Shown here: positions 26,378 through 35,326 of the stretch, one piece after another
Position numbering within the stretch: the first letter of the stretch is position 1
Layout of the letters: each line of letters opens with the position of its first letter
NCBI GenBank assembly: GCA_964563715.1
Contig: CAZLXA010000003.1
Span: forward strand, 1 to 59,150
From: an uncultured Candidatus Saccharibacteria bacterium
Lineage (GTDB): Bacteria > Patescibacteriota > Minisyncoccia > Phycocordibacterales > UBA9973
Reading direction: 5' to 3'
Length of the DNA: 59,150 nt
The notes under the pieces: generated by a model
Databases searched by the model: none
Seen by the model: the letters and a program-made list of their open reading frames with translations, nothing else
What the model was told of the DNA's origin: nothing
Program-made: the position numbers and the translations under genes

Positions 26378-26418
26378 TAAATAGTGCGTAAAATACGCGT
26401 TAATTGTTATTTTTAATA

Positions 26419-26471
26419 TATCTCGCTATGGACCAGTGTGTACCGACTTCAGGGTCGGGACAAACGAGATA
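26419..26471 (-). promoter_or_regulatory. candidate rpsF leader hairpin (possible S6:S18 autoregulatory site)
   Basis: The minus strand reads UAUCUCG ... CCGAC-CCUGAA-GUCGG ... CGAGAUA. It is a GC-rich island about 40 nt upstream of the rpsF ATG. Confidence 0.4.
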
Positions 26472-26520
26472 GGACATATATTAACAAATATAAGTCATTT
26501 TGTCTACTTTCCTTATTTTA

Positions 26521-29500
26521 CTAATTCTCTGACGGTATTGTGTTTGAGTCATCTGAAACAGGGCTTTCAGGAAGAGATACTACCACTGTTGTGTCATTAA
26601 TAGGTTCCGTTACTGTTTCAATAGATGGAGTAATAACCGGCTCTGTATCGATAAGAGGAAGTGGATTTGTAACGATTTCATTTTCAACTACTGGGGGATT
26701 TTCTGTTTCAATAGGAGGAGTAGCGACAGGTGGAGGCACCACAGTCGGTGTAACTTCAATTTCAGGGGTAGTGACATCTGTATTTGCTGTTCCCTTTGCA
26801 TTTATCAACATTTGTTTAAATTCTTCTTTTGTAATGCAGACATCATCAACACAAACATCACCGTTGACATGAAAAATATTGGCGGTAAATTCTTTGGCGA
26901 AAGTAGCTTGCTCTGCTAAAAATCGAGTAATAAGAGAACCGAGAGAATTATCCTTACTTGTATCTAAAGATGAAAGTTCTTTCACTATAAGGTCCATCTC
27001 TTGTATGGCCTTCACAGTGTAAGGTATTAAATTTGTATAAGAAATAGATTTCAAATTTGTATTCGGATCTGTAAAAACAATATCAGGGAATATTTGTTCT
27101 ACCTCTTGAGCAATAAATCCGACATGCTTATTTGTATTATCATTTTCATTATTCCAGTTATACATTACAGGTGTCAAAGCAAGTATTTTTTCTAGAGATT
27201 TCGAAGATGTATCAATATTTTCTTTTAAAATAAATTCAGAATTTTCGAGTGTTGTTATATTTTTCTTTAAATTTATATCTGAAGAACAAGCAAGTGATGC
27301 GGTTGTCGGATTTATATCGCAAGTCCCAGTACTGTTTTCAAATCTTACAACGATTCCAGAAACTGTATTATTACCAACTTGGAGTTGATATGAAGGACTG
27401 GTATTTCCAATTCCGACATTGCCTAAATTATCAACAGACATCAAATCAATTAAAGAATTTTTAAACCTAATACCACCAATTGATTGATTTAAAATCTCGA
27501 CATAACTAGTTATCCCTGAACCTGCATGATTGAGTCTACCATTTCCTCCAAACGCGATTGTTGATGATGATTTAATGTTACCCAATACATCTAAATTTGC
27601 AGCCGGAGTAGCTGTCCCAATTCCGACATTGCCGCCAAAATAACTTATAGCAGTACCTGCACCATAATATCCATACCTTCCTGTACCACTTGCAACATTA
27701 GTTTCTATCGCTCTAAAATCTGGAGCCGAGGTGAGAGTTGGATTAACATAAATCCCTCTTGTAATTCCATTTGCTGTTCCAGTTTGATTTACCGTAGGTG
27801 CGATATTTAATACATTAAATGTTGTACTATTTGACGCTGTAGCAATAGTTGGAGTTGAAGTAATTATATTTTGAGTTATACCATTAGTAGCCCCAGTTGC
27901 CATCGTACCATTCCCTAATCTTATAAAATTGGTAATTGTAGCACTTGCGTTTATGTCATAATCAATTATTGGACCAATGGAATTCGAGGTAACATTATTT
28001 ACAAAAAATGTTCCTGATCCTGCTGACAATTTTATAATATCTGTAGCAACAGTTGAAGTACCAACTACATGTAATTTACCCGTTGGTGTCGTCGTACCAA
28101 TACCTACATTACCGGATCCTGTTATCCTCATATTCTCCCTGAGAGTAGCTCCTCCTGTATCATAATTTTTAAATGCAAGGTCATAAGTTGCATTTGTTAT
28201 GGCAGCATTACCAGACCAGTTTAAAGTAAGCCCACCTCCAGAGAAAGCTATATCTCCAACTACTGTTAATTTACTACTCGGACTCGTCGTCCCAATTCCG
28301 ACATTACCAGAACTATTAATTCTCATCATTGTTGAACCAATTGTATTATTATTATTCCAAGAACCAACCTTAAAATCTAAATAATTTGTAGTTCCAATAT
28401 CAGTATGACCAGCAACAATTTGAGCCATCGATGTATTGGTATTACCCCCACCTGCTGTATTGCCATTAAATTTTATTATCCCTCTATCTCCATATGCCGT
28501 AGTATTATTATATAAACGTAACGAGGTACCAGCGGTAGATATTCCTGTTATATCAAGTAATTCACTTGGACTCGTCGTCCCGATGCCGACATTGCCGTTA
28601 GTATTATCTATCGCCATCCTTGTAGTAGCACCAGTTGAAACAGTACCTCCTGCTCCAAAGAAAAACTTTCCATTGAAAGTACCTATGTTAACGTCACCAT
28701 TGTTCCAACCAAAATAAGCTAAACCAGGAACTGTGGTACTTTTTGTATCATTAAAAAATCCAGCCATATAAGGTGATTCACTTGGGGCATGAACGGCTAA
28801 AGCAAAAGGGGTAACATTATATAAATCTACACTCTTAACTTCCAATTTTCCTAAAGTCGGTGTCGTCGTCCCAATCCCGACATTGCCGCTTGCCAAAACA
28901 TTAAGTAGATTATCATTATTGTACATTCCGATTGAAAAACGATTACTTGTTGAACCATCAGAAACATGCACATAATCAAAATGAGCTGAGTTATTTGTTG
29001 ACTTCGCTTTTCCAAGAAGGAACAATGATCCACTATTATTCACAATGTTTGGAGTCAATCCTTCGTATACCCATGAGAATACTCCACTTGAACCAGCAGA
29101 CGTATTTGATGTAATGAATGGAGCAACTTGAGTCGAAGCTGATGTTGCTCTGACAACACCATTTACGTCAAGAGGGTACGCAGGAGTTGTCGTCCCAATG
29201 CCGACATTGCCATTACCCATTACAGCAAATCTATTACCACCTATTAAAGTATAAGATAATCCTGAAGCTGTATTTGAGAAAGCAACTGAAACAGTAAGAA
29301 CTGTATCACTTGCAATTGTTGAAATTATTCTAGCTGTTTCTCCTGATACTGTAACTGTATCTCCGACCTTAAAAGTGCTCAAGAATGATGTGTTGGTTCC
29401 AGTCAGTGTCGTTGTTCCTGTAGTTGCGACTGTTCCGTTACCTGTTGTACTTTGTATAACATTATATAGGCCACTTAATCCAGTGCTTGATCCCGTCGCA

Positions 29501-32500
29501 AATCTACCTGCGGTATCAGAATAAAACATATAATTACCACCAGCGGTACGAAAACCACCACTAAGATTAGATAAATAATATTCATTACCTTTAATAGGCC
29601 CACTCGTTCTAACTCCATAACTACCATTAGTTGTTGTATTAAATTCTGTCAAGAAAGTACTATTTACTTCAAGTTTTGCAGCTGGATTAGTAATTCCAAT
29701 ACCTACGTTGCCTGCACTTGTAATTCTCATTTTTTCTGAGGTCACAGAATCTAAAGCAGAGCCGAAAGAAATAAAACTATCGTTAGTTGTATTTGTAGTA
29801 GTCCACTCCTGTTCTTTACCGAACCTCAAATACCCAGCAGAAATAGGAGCTGAAGAAGTTGTTCTAGCAAAATATGCATCTTGAGTAATAGAATGCGATA
29901 TGCCCGACGATTGGTCCATATTTCGTAGGGTAATAGGGATAGCATCTCCGTTATTATTATAATTCACGAGCAACTGACCATTTGAATTTATTTGAGTATA
30001 TCTTATTGTAGAATTCGTACTTCCTACATGCAAAAGGGCTCCCGGTGCCGTCGTCCCGATGCCAACATTACCAGAAGGATTTATAACAAATTCACTTGTT
30101 CCTCTAACATTTTCACCAGAAAAAATTTTAAAATTATTATCTGAATTATCAAGACCAATACTGTATTCAACTGCAGCATTAGTATTTGCAGAAAATTGCA
30201 CTTGAGAATCATAAGCAGAGCTACTAAAAGCATATAATTTCAAATTAGCATTTTCTCCCGCTTTGTATATTTCCAAATTTGCCCCTGGCGTTGTTGTTCC
30301 AATACCGACGTTGCCTGTACTTCTATTTATTGTCAATCTATCAACAAAGCCAGCACCTTCCATACTTTGTACATTAAAAGTATTTGCAGAAGCCCCATTA
30401 TAAAATAATTTGAAACCATAACTTGTTCCAGTTATTAAAGAACCAGCACCTTCTGCCATTACAAAACCGCTATCCTGATTTGCCCCAGACACTAACCCAA
30501 CTAAGGCATTATTAGCAAAAGCACTATCTCCAATTTGCAACGGAACTGTTGGCGTTGTCGTTCCAATACCAATATTACTAACCCCAATCGACATAATAGT
30601 CGTCGCTGCTCGAGAAATTTCTAAATTTCCAGTTAATGCGCTTAACGCAATTGTCGCTCTACTAGCACCGACTCTTTCTATTCTTATACCATCATTCGCT
30701 GTATCCCCTGACTGTAATATACTTAGTAACCCTGTAGGAGTATTTGTCCCAATCCCGACATTACCACCATCAATAACAGATAAAGCCGAGTTTGCTCCAT
30801 CTAAAAATTCTACAATCTTTCCTGTTCCATTTTGATTCACAGTCAAACCAGTAAGAGTAGAATTTCTTGTTATATCAATACCACCAGAACTTACCGTCAT
30901 ATTGCCGTTCGGTAGAAAAATGCTACCATTTTCAATTCTAAAATTACCCGTTCCAAGATTTAATAATGTTGTTGGACTCGTCGTCCCAATGCCGACGTTA
31001 TTTCCAGATGGATTTAAAGCAAGATTACTATTATACGATTGTATTGAAGAATATGTATTAGTTGCACCGAGATTAAAAGAAAGAGTCGTATCACTTCCTC
31101 CTGGTCCTATTTGCAATTTTGCAATCGGACTCGTCGTCCCAATCCCAACGTTACCATTCAATAACGTCTTTGTGATATTTGTATTTCCAAGAGTCACAGT
31201 ATTACTCCCTTGCCCTATTGCATTATATCCAATAACAATTTCATTATCAGTTCCATTGTCACTAGCCTTAGAATTACCACCTAAATATAATCCATTATTA
31301 CCAGTTGTTCTTTCTGTTATCCCATCTGAAATATACCTGGCTGACTGATAGCCATAAGCTGTATTTAAAGAACCGGTTGTATTTGAAACCATAGAGGCGT
31401 AACCACTCGCAGTATTGTTTCCAGCAGTAGTTGAAGAGAGTGCGTAAGCGCCATTTGCCGTATTATTACTACTAGTAACATTAGCAAACAAAGACTCTCT
31501 ACCTATTGCAGTATTGTTTGTTCCTGTTGTATTAGAATATAATGCAAGTATTCCAATAGCCATATTATTATTACCTGTCGTGTTTGAAGTTAATGTTCTA
31601 TAACCTAAAGAAGTATTATTAAATCCGGTAGTATTTGAGGTAAATGACTCACTACCAATAACTGTATTCAGTGAAGATTGTGAAGCCATAGTAGCAGTTG
31701 AACCAGTTGTAAGATTGCCAGCCCCGATTCCAATAAAAATATTATTACCAGTTGGAGTTATTGAATTACTATTTAATCCATAACTAAAATCAGAAATAAA
31801 AGGCGATGATCCTTTATAAATTATTCCATACGGAGTACTCCCTGTTGTTGTTGGTAGTCTAAAGTTTTTTGTAATTTCTAATTGCTGATTTGGTGTTGTT
31901 GTTCCAATGCCGACGTTACCATCTTTATCAATCCTCATTTTTTCTGAATTAACAGAACCATTGTTTGTTTGGAAAATCAAATACCCTTCAAGATTTGTAG
32001 TATAGTTTGCATATATACCTGCAATATTACCCCAAGATGGTCGTCGAAAATTTATCGATTGACCATTTTCTATTATTAGATTACCTGCTGAAATATGTAA
32101 TTTTTCTAATGGATTTGTCGTTCCAATGCCGACGTTTCCATTATTTAAAATAGTAACTTTATCAGAACCGCCAATCATAAAATGAAGTGGGTAAAGTCCA
32201 ATATTATTTATATATCCATCTCCTGTATTGGTATTAGAATATAACTCCATATAATTTCCACCACCACTTCCATCATATCCAAAAATAAGTTTTGGTGTGT
32301 TCCCAATCGTTGTTGCTCCTATTCTTATTCCTTTATCGGTAAGATGTAATCCTGCGGTCGGTGCCGTCGTTCCGATACCCACATTACCTGTGTTGTCAAT
32401 CAACATCCTAGTAAGAGAATCAGAACCGAAACCACCTGTTCTGAATGCTAATGTTCTTCCAGATGCGCTACCTAGAATCATTCTAGAAGACCCATCAAAA

Positions 32501-34215
32501 AACAAAGCTCCTTGTGAATTTGAAAATAAAAATTGATGACTATCTGTGGAATCATTTCCAATTAAAACATTTCCCTCAACTTCTAATTTTTGAGTTGGGT
32601 TTGTTGTTCCGATTCCAATATTTCCATTACCATTCATTCTCATATATTCTGTACTTCCAACCATAAATTTAACTGCGTAAGAAGAAGAATATGGTTTTAT
32701 AAAAAAATCTGTAGAACCAATAACCCCTGCAATACTACTAATTTGCCCCGATCCCATATTTAAACCAGCGATATAACTTGTAGTCCAATATTTACTAGGA
32801 ATTCCGAGTGAACCACCAGATGATACTGTTGGAACAATATTCCCAGTCACAGTTAATGCATCAGTTGGTGATGTCGTTCCCATTCCAACTCGGTGATTCA
32901 CACTATCAACAAATAAAGTATTCGTATCAACAGTTAAATTATGTAGACCCAAATCAACATTGGTATTTCCACCTGTATAAGGAATTAATCCTGACAAATT
33001 AGAAGGGGTTAAATAATTTCCCGCTGGTTGTTTATTATTAAAAGTTAACCAATCTGTTGATGCTAGATATCCATCAACCAAATTTGTGGCCACTCCTAAT
33101 TTTGTTTTTATAGAAGAATTTGTTTCATCTCCTGTATTTGTCCCAGAAAGATTTGAGCCAATAATATTTCCTGTGGCTAAAATATTCCCGTCTACACTTA
33201 TTTTCTCTGAAGGAGTACTTGTCCCTATTCCCAACCTAGAATTCGTACTATCCCAAAATAAATTTGTATTATCCTCTGTAAGTCCAGATGCTCCCTGGAA
33301 TGGAATTGAACCGAAAGTAAATGCGGGGTTAATAGTCCCAACTACATTTCCCGTGAGGTTACCGGTGATAGTTAGATCTCCGTTGATATTTGCATCACCT
33401 GAAACAATAAGAGATTTTGTCTCTACTTCATCTGCTAGTGAATTAGATAACCCTTTGATGCTGTCTGATATAGAATCAAATATTTTACTGACTTGTCGAG
33501 AAAAAAATACTTCTGAGACAAAATTAGAAACATCGATACTGTTTCCGTTTTCACCTTTCGGTCCTTGAGGGCCAACTGGCCCAATCAAACCTTGTGAACC
33601 TTGAATTATTTTTGTATCTGTTTTAGTTATTTGGATTGCTGGTGGAATAATTTCGTTTTTTGTTGTTTTTGGATTTTCTTTATTTGATGAGGGAATACTA
33701 GGAACAGTTTTCTTTGAAGTATTATTATCAGAAATAATTGTATCAGTATTTTTATTGTCGATTCCTATAACTGCTTGATTAAGAGCAATTCTTGTTTCAA
33801 CAAAATTGTTTATTAGTCCTTTTATAAAATAGTTCCAACCATAAGCTAGGTCGCCAGCGACTGAGACTAGAGACGATCCGAGTGAGGTATTATTTGTATA
33901 TTCTTTATTAGAAAGTGGGATAGAAATATCGATAGCAGTTGCAGTAAGATTTGTTTTCTTATTTACAGAAAATTCTGTTGTTTTGATTTCAAATTGATTA
34001 TCTAAATTAGAAAAATCTGGAATATTTTTCTTAAACAATGAAAGTGAATCATTTATTAAACATGCAACATCTGTATCATTGCATACGATTCTTTCTGTTA
34101 TCTTTTCGTTATTATAAGCAAGTAATATTTTAATGGGAAAAGTCACAAAAATAACAAAAATCAGTATAATGAAAAATGTATACTTATAATTTTTTATTTT
34201 TTTATTTTTTTCCAT
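26521..34215 (-). CDS. giant membrane-anchored fibre protein: collagen-like stretch, ~20 GNVGIGTT repeats, C-terminal tail-fibre-type intramolecular chaperone (Peptidase S74-like) domain, Pro-rich tail
   Basis: 2564 aa. TM anchor FFIILIFVIFVTFPIKILLAY. Collagen-like run GSQGLIGPVGPQGPKGENG. The motif GNVGIGTTxPxxxLxV recurs about 18-20 times by my count. The C-terminal module reads CSSDINLKKNITTLEN...LTPVMYNWNN...HVGFIAQEVEQIFPDIV...YTNLIPYTVKAIQEM. Confidence 0.9.
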   Translation of the reverse strand: MEKNKKIKNYKYTFFIILIFVIFVTFPIKILLAYNNEKITERIVCNDTDVACLINDSLSLFKKNIPDFSNLDNQFEIKTTEFSVNKKTNLTATAIDISIPLSNKEYTNNTSLGSSLVSVAGDLAYGWNYFIKGLINNFVETRIALNQAVIGIDNKNTDTIISDNNTSKKTVPSIPSSNKENPKTTKNEIIPPAIQITKTDTKIIQGSQGLIGPVGPQGPKGENGNSIDVSNFVSEVFFSRQVSKIFDSISDSIKGLSNSLADEVETKSLIVSGDANINGDLTITGNLTGNVVGTINPAFTFGSIPFQGASGLTEDNTNLFWDSTNSRLGIGTSTPSEKISVDGNILATGNIIGSNLSGTNTGDETNSSIKTKLGVATNLVDGYLASTDWLTFNNKQPAGNYLTPSNLSGLIPYTGGNTNVDLGLHNLTVDTNTLFVDSVNHRVGMGTTSPTDALTVTGNIVPTVSSGGSLGIPSKYWTTSYIAGLNMGSGQISSIAGVIGSTDFFIKPYSSSYAVKFMVGSTEYMRMNGNGNIGIGTTNPTQKLEVEGNVLIGNDSTDSHQFLFSNSQGALFFDGSSRMILGSASGRTLAFRTGGFGSDSLTRMLIDNTGNVGIGTTAPTAGLHLTDKGIRIGATTIGNTPKLIFGYDGSGGGNYMELYSNTNTGDGYINNIGLYPLHFMIGGSDKVTILNNGNVGIGTTNPLEKLHISAGNLIIENGQSINFRRPSWGNIAGIYANYTTNLEGYLIFQTNNGSVNSEKMRIDKDGNVGIGTTTPNQQLEITKNFRLPTTTGSTPYGIIYKGSSPFISDFSYGLNSNSITPTGNNIFIGIGAGNLTTGSTATMASQSSLNTVIGSESFTSNTTGFNNTSLGYRTLTSNTTGNNNMAIGILALYSNTTGTNNTAIGRESLFANVTSSNNTANGAYALSSTTAGNNTASGYASMVSNTTGSLNTAYGYQSARYISDGITERTTGNNGLYLGGNSKASDNGTDNEIVIGYNAIGQGSNTVTLGNTNITKTLLNGNVGIGTTSPIAKLQIGPGGSDTTLSFNLGATNTYSSIQSYNSNLALNPSGNNVGIGTTSPTTLLNLGTGNFRIENGSIFLPNGNMTVSSGGIDITRNSTLTGLTVNQNGTGKIVEFLDGANSALSVIDGGNVGIGTNTPTGLLSILQSGDTANDGIRIERVGASRATIALSALTGNLEISRAATTIMSIGVSNIGIGTTTPTVPLQIGDSAFANNALVGLVSGANQDSGFVMAEGAGSLITGTSYGFKLFYNGASANTFNVQSMEGAGFVDRLTINRSTGNVGIGTTTPGANLEIYKAGENANLKLYAFSSSAYDSQVQFSANTNAAVEYSIGLDNSDNNFKIFSGENVRGTSEFVINPSGNVGIGTTAPGALLHVGSTNSTIRYTQINSNGQLLVNYNNNGDAIPITLRNMDQSSGISHSITQDAYFARTTSSAPISAGYLRFGKEQEWTTTNTTNDSFISFGSALDSVTSEKMRITSAGNVGIGITNPAAKLEVNSTFLTEFNTTTNGSYGVRTSGPIKGNEYYLSNLSGGFRTAGGNYMFYSDTAGRFATGSSTGLSGLYNVIQSTTGNGTVATTGTTTLTGTNTSFLSTFKVGDTVTVSGETARIISTIASDTVLTVSVAFSNTASGLSYTLIGGNRFAVMGNGNVGIGTTTPAYPLDVNGVVRATSASTQVAPFITSNTSAGSSGVFSWVYEGLTPNIVNNSGSLFLLGKAKSTNNSAHFDYVHVSDGSTSNRFSIGMYNNDNLLNVLASGNVGIGTTTPTLGKLEVKSVDLYNVTPFALAVHAPSESPYMAGFFNDTKSTTVPGLAYFGWNNGDVNIGTFNGKFFFGAGGTVSTGATTRMAIDNTNGNVGIGTTSPSELLDITGISTAGTSLRLYNNTTAYGDRGIIKFNGNTAGGGNTNTSMAQIVAGHTDIGTTNYLDFKVGSWNNNNTIGSTMMRINSSGNVGIGTTSPSSKLTVVGDIAFSGGGLTLNWSGNAAITNATYDLAFKNYDTGGATLRENMRITGSGNVGIGTTTPTGKLHVVGTSTVATDIIKLSAGSGTFFVNNVTSNSIGPIIDYDINASATITNFIRLGNGTMATGATNGITQNIITSTPTIATASNSTTFNVLNIAPTVNQTGTANGITRGIYVNPTLTSAPDFRAIETNVASGTGRYGYYGAGTAISYFGGNVGIGTATPAANLDVLGNIKSSSTIAFGGNGRLNHAGSGITSYVEILNQSIGGIRFKNSLIDLMSVDNLGNVGIGNTSPSYQLQVGNNTVSGIVVRFENSTGTCDINPTTASLACSSDINLKKNITTLENSEFILKENIDTSSKSLEKILALTPVMYNWNNENDNTNKHVGFIAQEVEQIFPDIVFTDPNTNLKSISYTNLIPYTVKAIQEMDLIVKELSSLDTSKDNSLGSLITRFLAEQATFAKEFTANIFHVNGDVCVDDVCITKEEFKQMLINAKGTANTDVTTPEIEVTPTVVPPPVATPPIETENPPVVENEIVTNPLPLIDTEPVITPSIETVTEPINDTTVVVSLPESPVSDDSNTIPSEN

Positions 34216-34340
34216 TTATATGTATAAAATACAAGTATATTATACAATATTTTGAGTAAAAAAGGATTAAATTTATGTGGATAAGTAAAAGAAAAAACCC
34301 ATATCTCGTGGTTTAATTTTAACTTCAAAAATTTGTAATA

Positions 34341-35246
34341 TTAAAGATTAAAAATTCTCTTCGCATTAGCGAAAATCGCTTCCGAAACTTCATTTTCAGG
34401 TAAGTTTTTTATCTCTGCGATTTTTTTAACTATTTCTTTTACATACACTGGCTCGTTTCTCTTGCCTCTATGAGGGACTGGAGCTACATATGGGCTATCT
34501 GTATCAGTTAGAATCATATCAAGTGGTGTTTCTTTAATAACCCGTAAATAATCACAAATTTCTGGTTTAGGCTTATAGGTTATCGGTCCTGCAAAAGAAA
34601 TATATACTCCTATCTCTACAAATCTTTCCATATCCTCTACACTGCCAGCAAAAAAATGCGACACTCCAATCTTTGGAAGTCCGACTTCCAAAGATTTTGA
34701 ATATTTCTTAAGTAATTCATAAACATCAAAATAAGCATTGCGAGTTTTATCAGTCGGCCCGCCTTGACCCGCGTCAGTCGAGGCAGGATTGTTTCGAACA
34801 TGAAGCATGAGGGGAAGACCAAGTTCATTGGCAAGTTCGATTTGAGCAATAAAAGCAATTTTTTGTTTCTCAATACTCTCTTCATCCATGTGATAATAAT
34901 CAAGACCACATTCCCCTATACCAACAACTTTGCCGAGCTTTATTAATTCTCTGTATTTTTCTTTATCGAAAACTTCACCACGTGAGACAAACTCTTTTCC
35001 TTCCTCTCCGAGCTCATTCACATCATGATATGAAGCTCCCGTATGAATTGGATGAAGTCCAATCGTTGAATAAACTCCTTCGGGATAATCATTCGTCATC
35101 TCAACTGCTTTTTTCGAAGTGTCATATTGAGTACCGATATTTATGACCCAAGTATCATTATCCAAAGCCCGACGAATAACCATATCCCTATCATCATCGT
35201 ATGCTTTAAAATTTGTATGCGCATGTATGTCTATGTATTTAGGCAT
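34341..35246 (-). CDS. tatD: TatD-family metal-dependent hydrolase/DNase
   Basis: 301 aa. Motifs IDIHAHTNF, GECGLDYY, LMLHVRN, VSHFFAGS and TDSPY. Confidence 0.9.
   Translation of the reverse strand: MPKYIDIHAHTNFKAYDDDRDMVIRRALDNDTWVINIGTQYDTSKKAVEMTNDYPEGVYSTIGLHPIHTGASYHDVNELGEEGKEFVSRGEVFDKEKYRELIKLGKVVGIGECGLDYYHMDEESIEKQKIAFIAQIELANELGLPLMLHVRNNPASTDAGQGGPTDKTRNAYFDVYELLKKYSKSLEVGLPKIGVSHFFAGSVEDMERFVEIGVYISFAGPITYKPKPEICDYLRVIKETPLDMILTDTDSPYVAPVPHRGKRNEPVYVKEIVKKIAEIKNLPENEVSEAIFANAKRIFNL
34669..34695. repeat. 27-nt perfect palindrome ATCTTTGGAAGTCCGACTTCCAAAGAT in-frame in tatD (family A)
   Basis: Identical 27-mer at 52075-52101 in argS. On the coding strand it is translated SLEVGLPKI in both proteins. 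Confidence 0.9.
34758..34787. repeat. second GC-rich imperfect palindrome in-frame in tatD
   Basis: CCCGCCTTGAC-(8 nt)-GTCGAGGCAGG. It encodes part of the extra loop NPASTDAGQGGPTDKT immediately after the conserved LHVRN. Confidence 0.55.
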
Positions 35247-35283
35247 AAAGTAAATATATCACTTCTTTTAATAAATTAGAAAT

Positions 35284-35322
35284 AAAAAAACCTGTTAAAA
35301 CTTTCGTCGAAACAGATTTTTT
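35284..35322. terminator. probable intrinsic terminator after tatD
   Basis: AAAAAAA-CCTGTT...AACAG-ATTTTTT. Confidence 0.4.
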
Positions 35323-35326
35323 AATT

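Noticed and set aside
26540-33568. Numerous 60-160-aa plus-strand ORFs rich in Val/Pro/Leu (for example 30902-31348 and 33086-33568).
   Set aside because: All are antisense to the giant fibre gene. Their repetitive LVVPIPTLP peptides are simply the reverse complement of the GNVGIGTT repeat.
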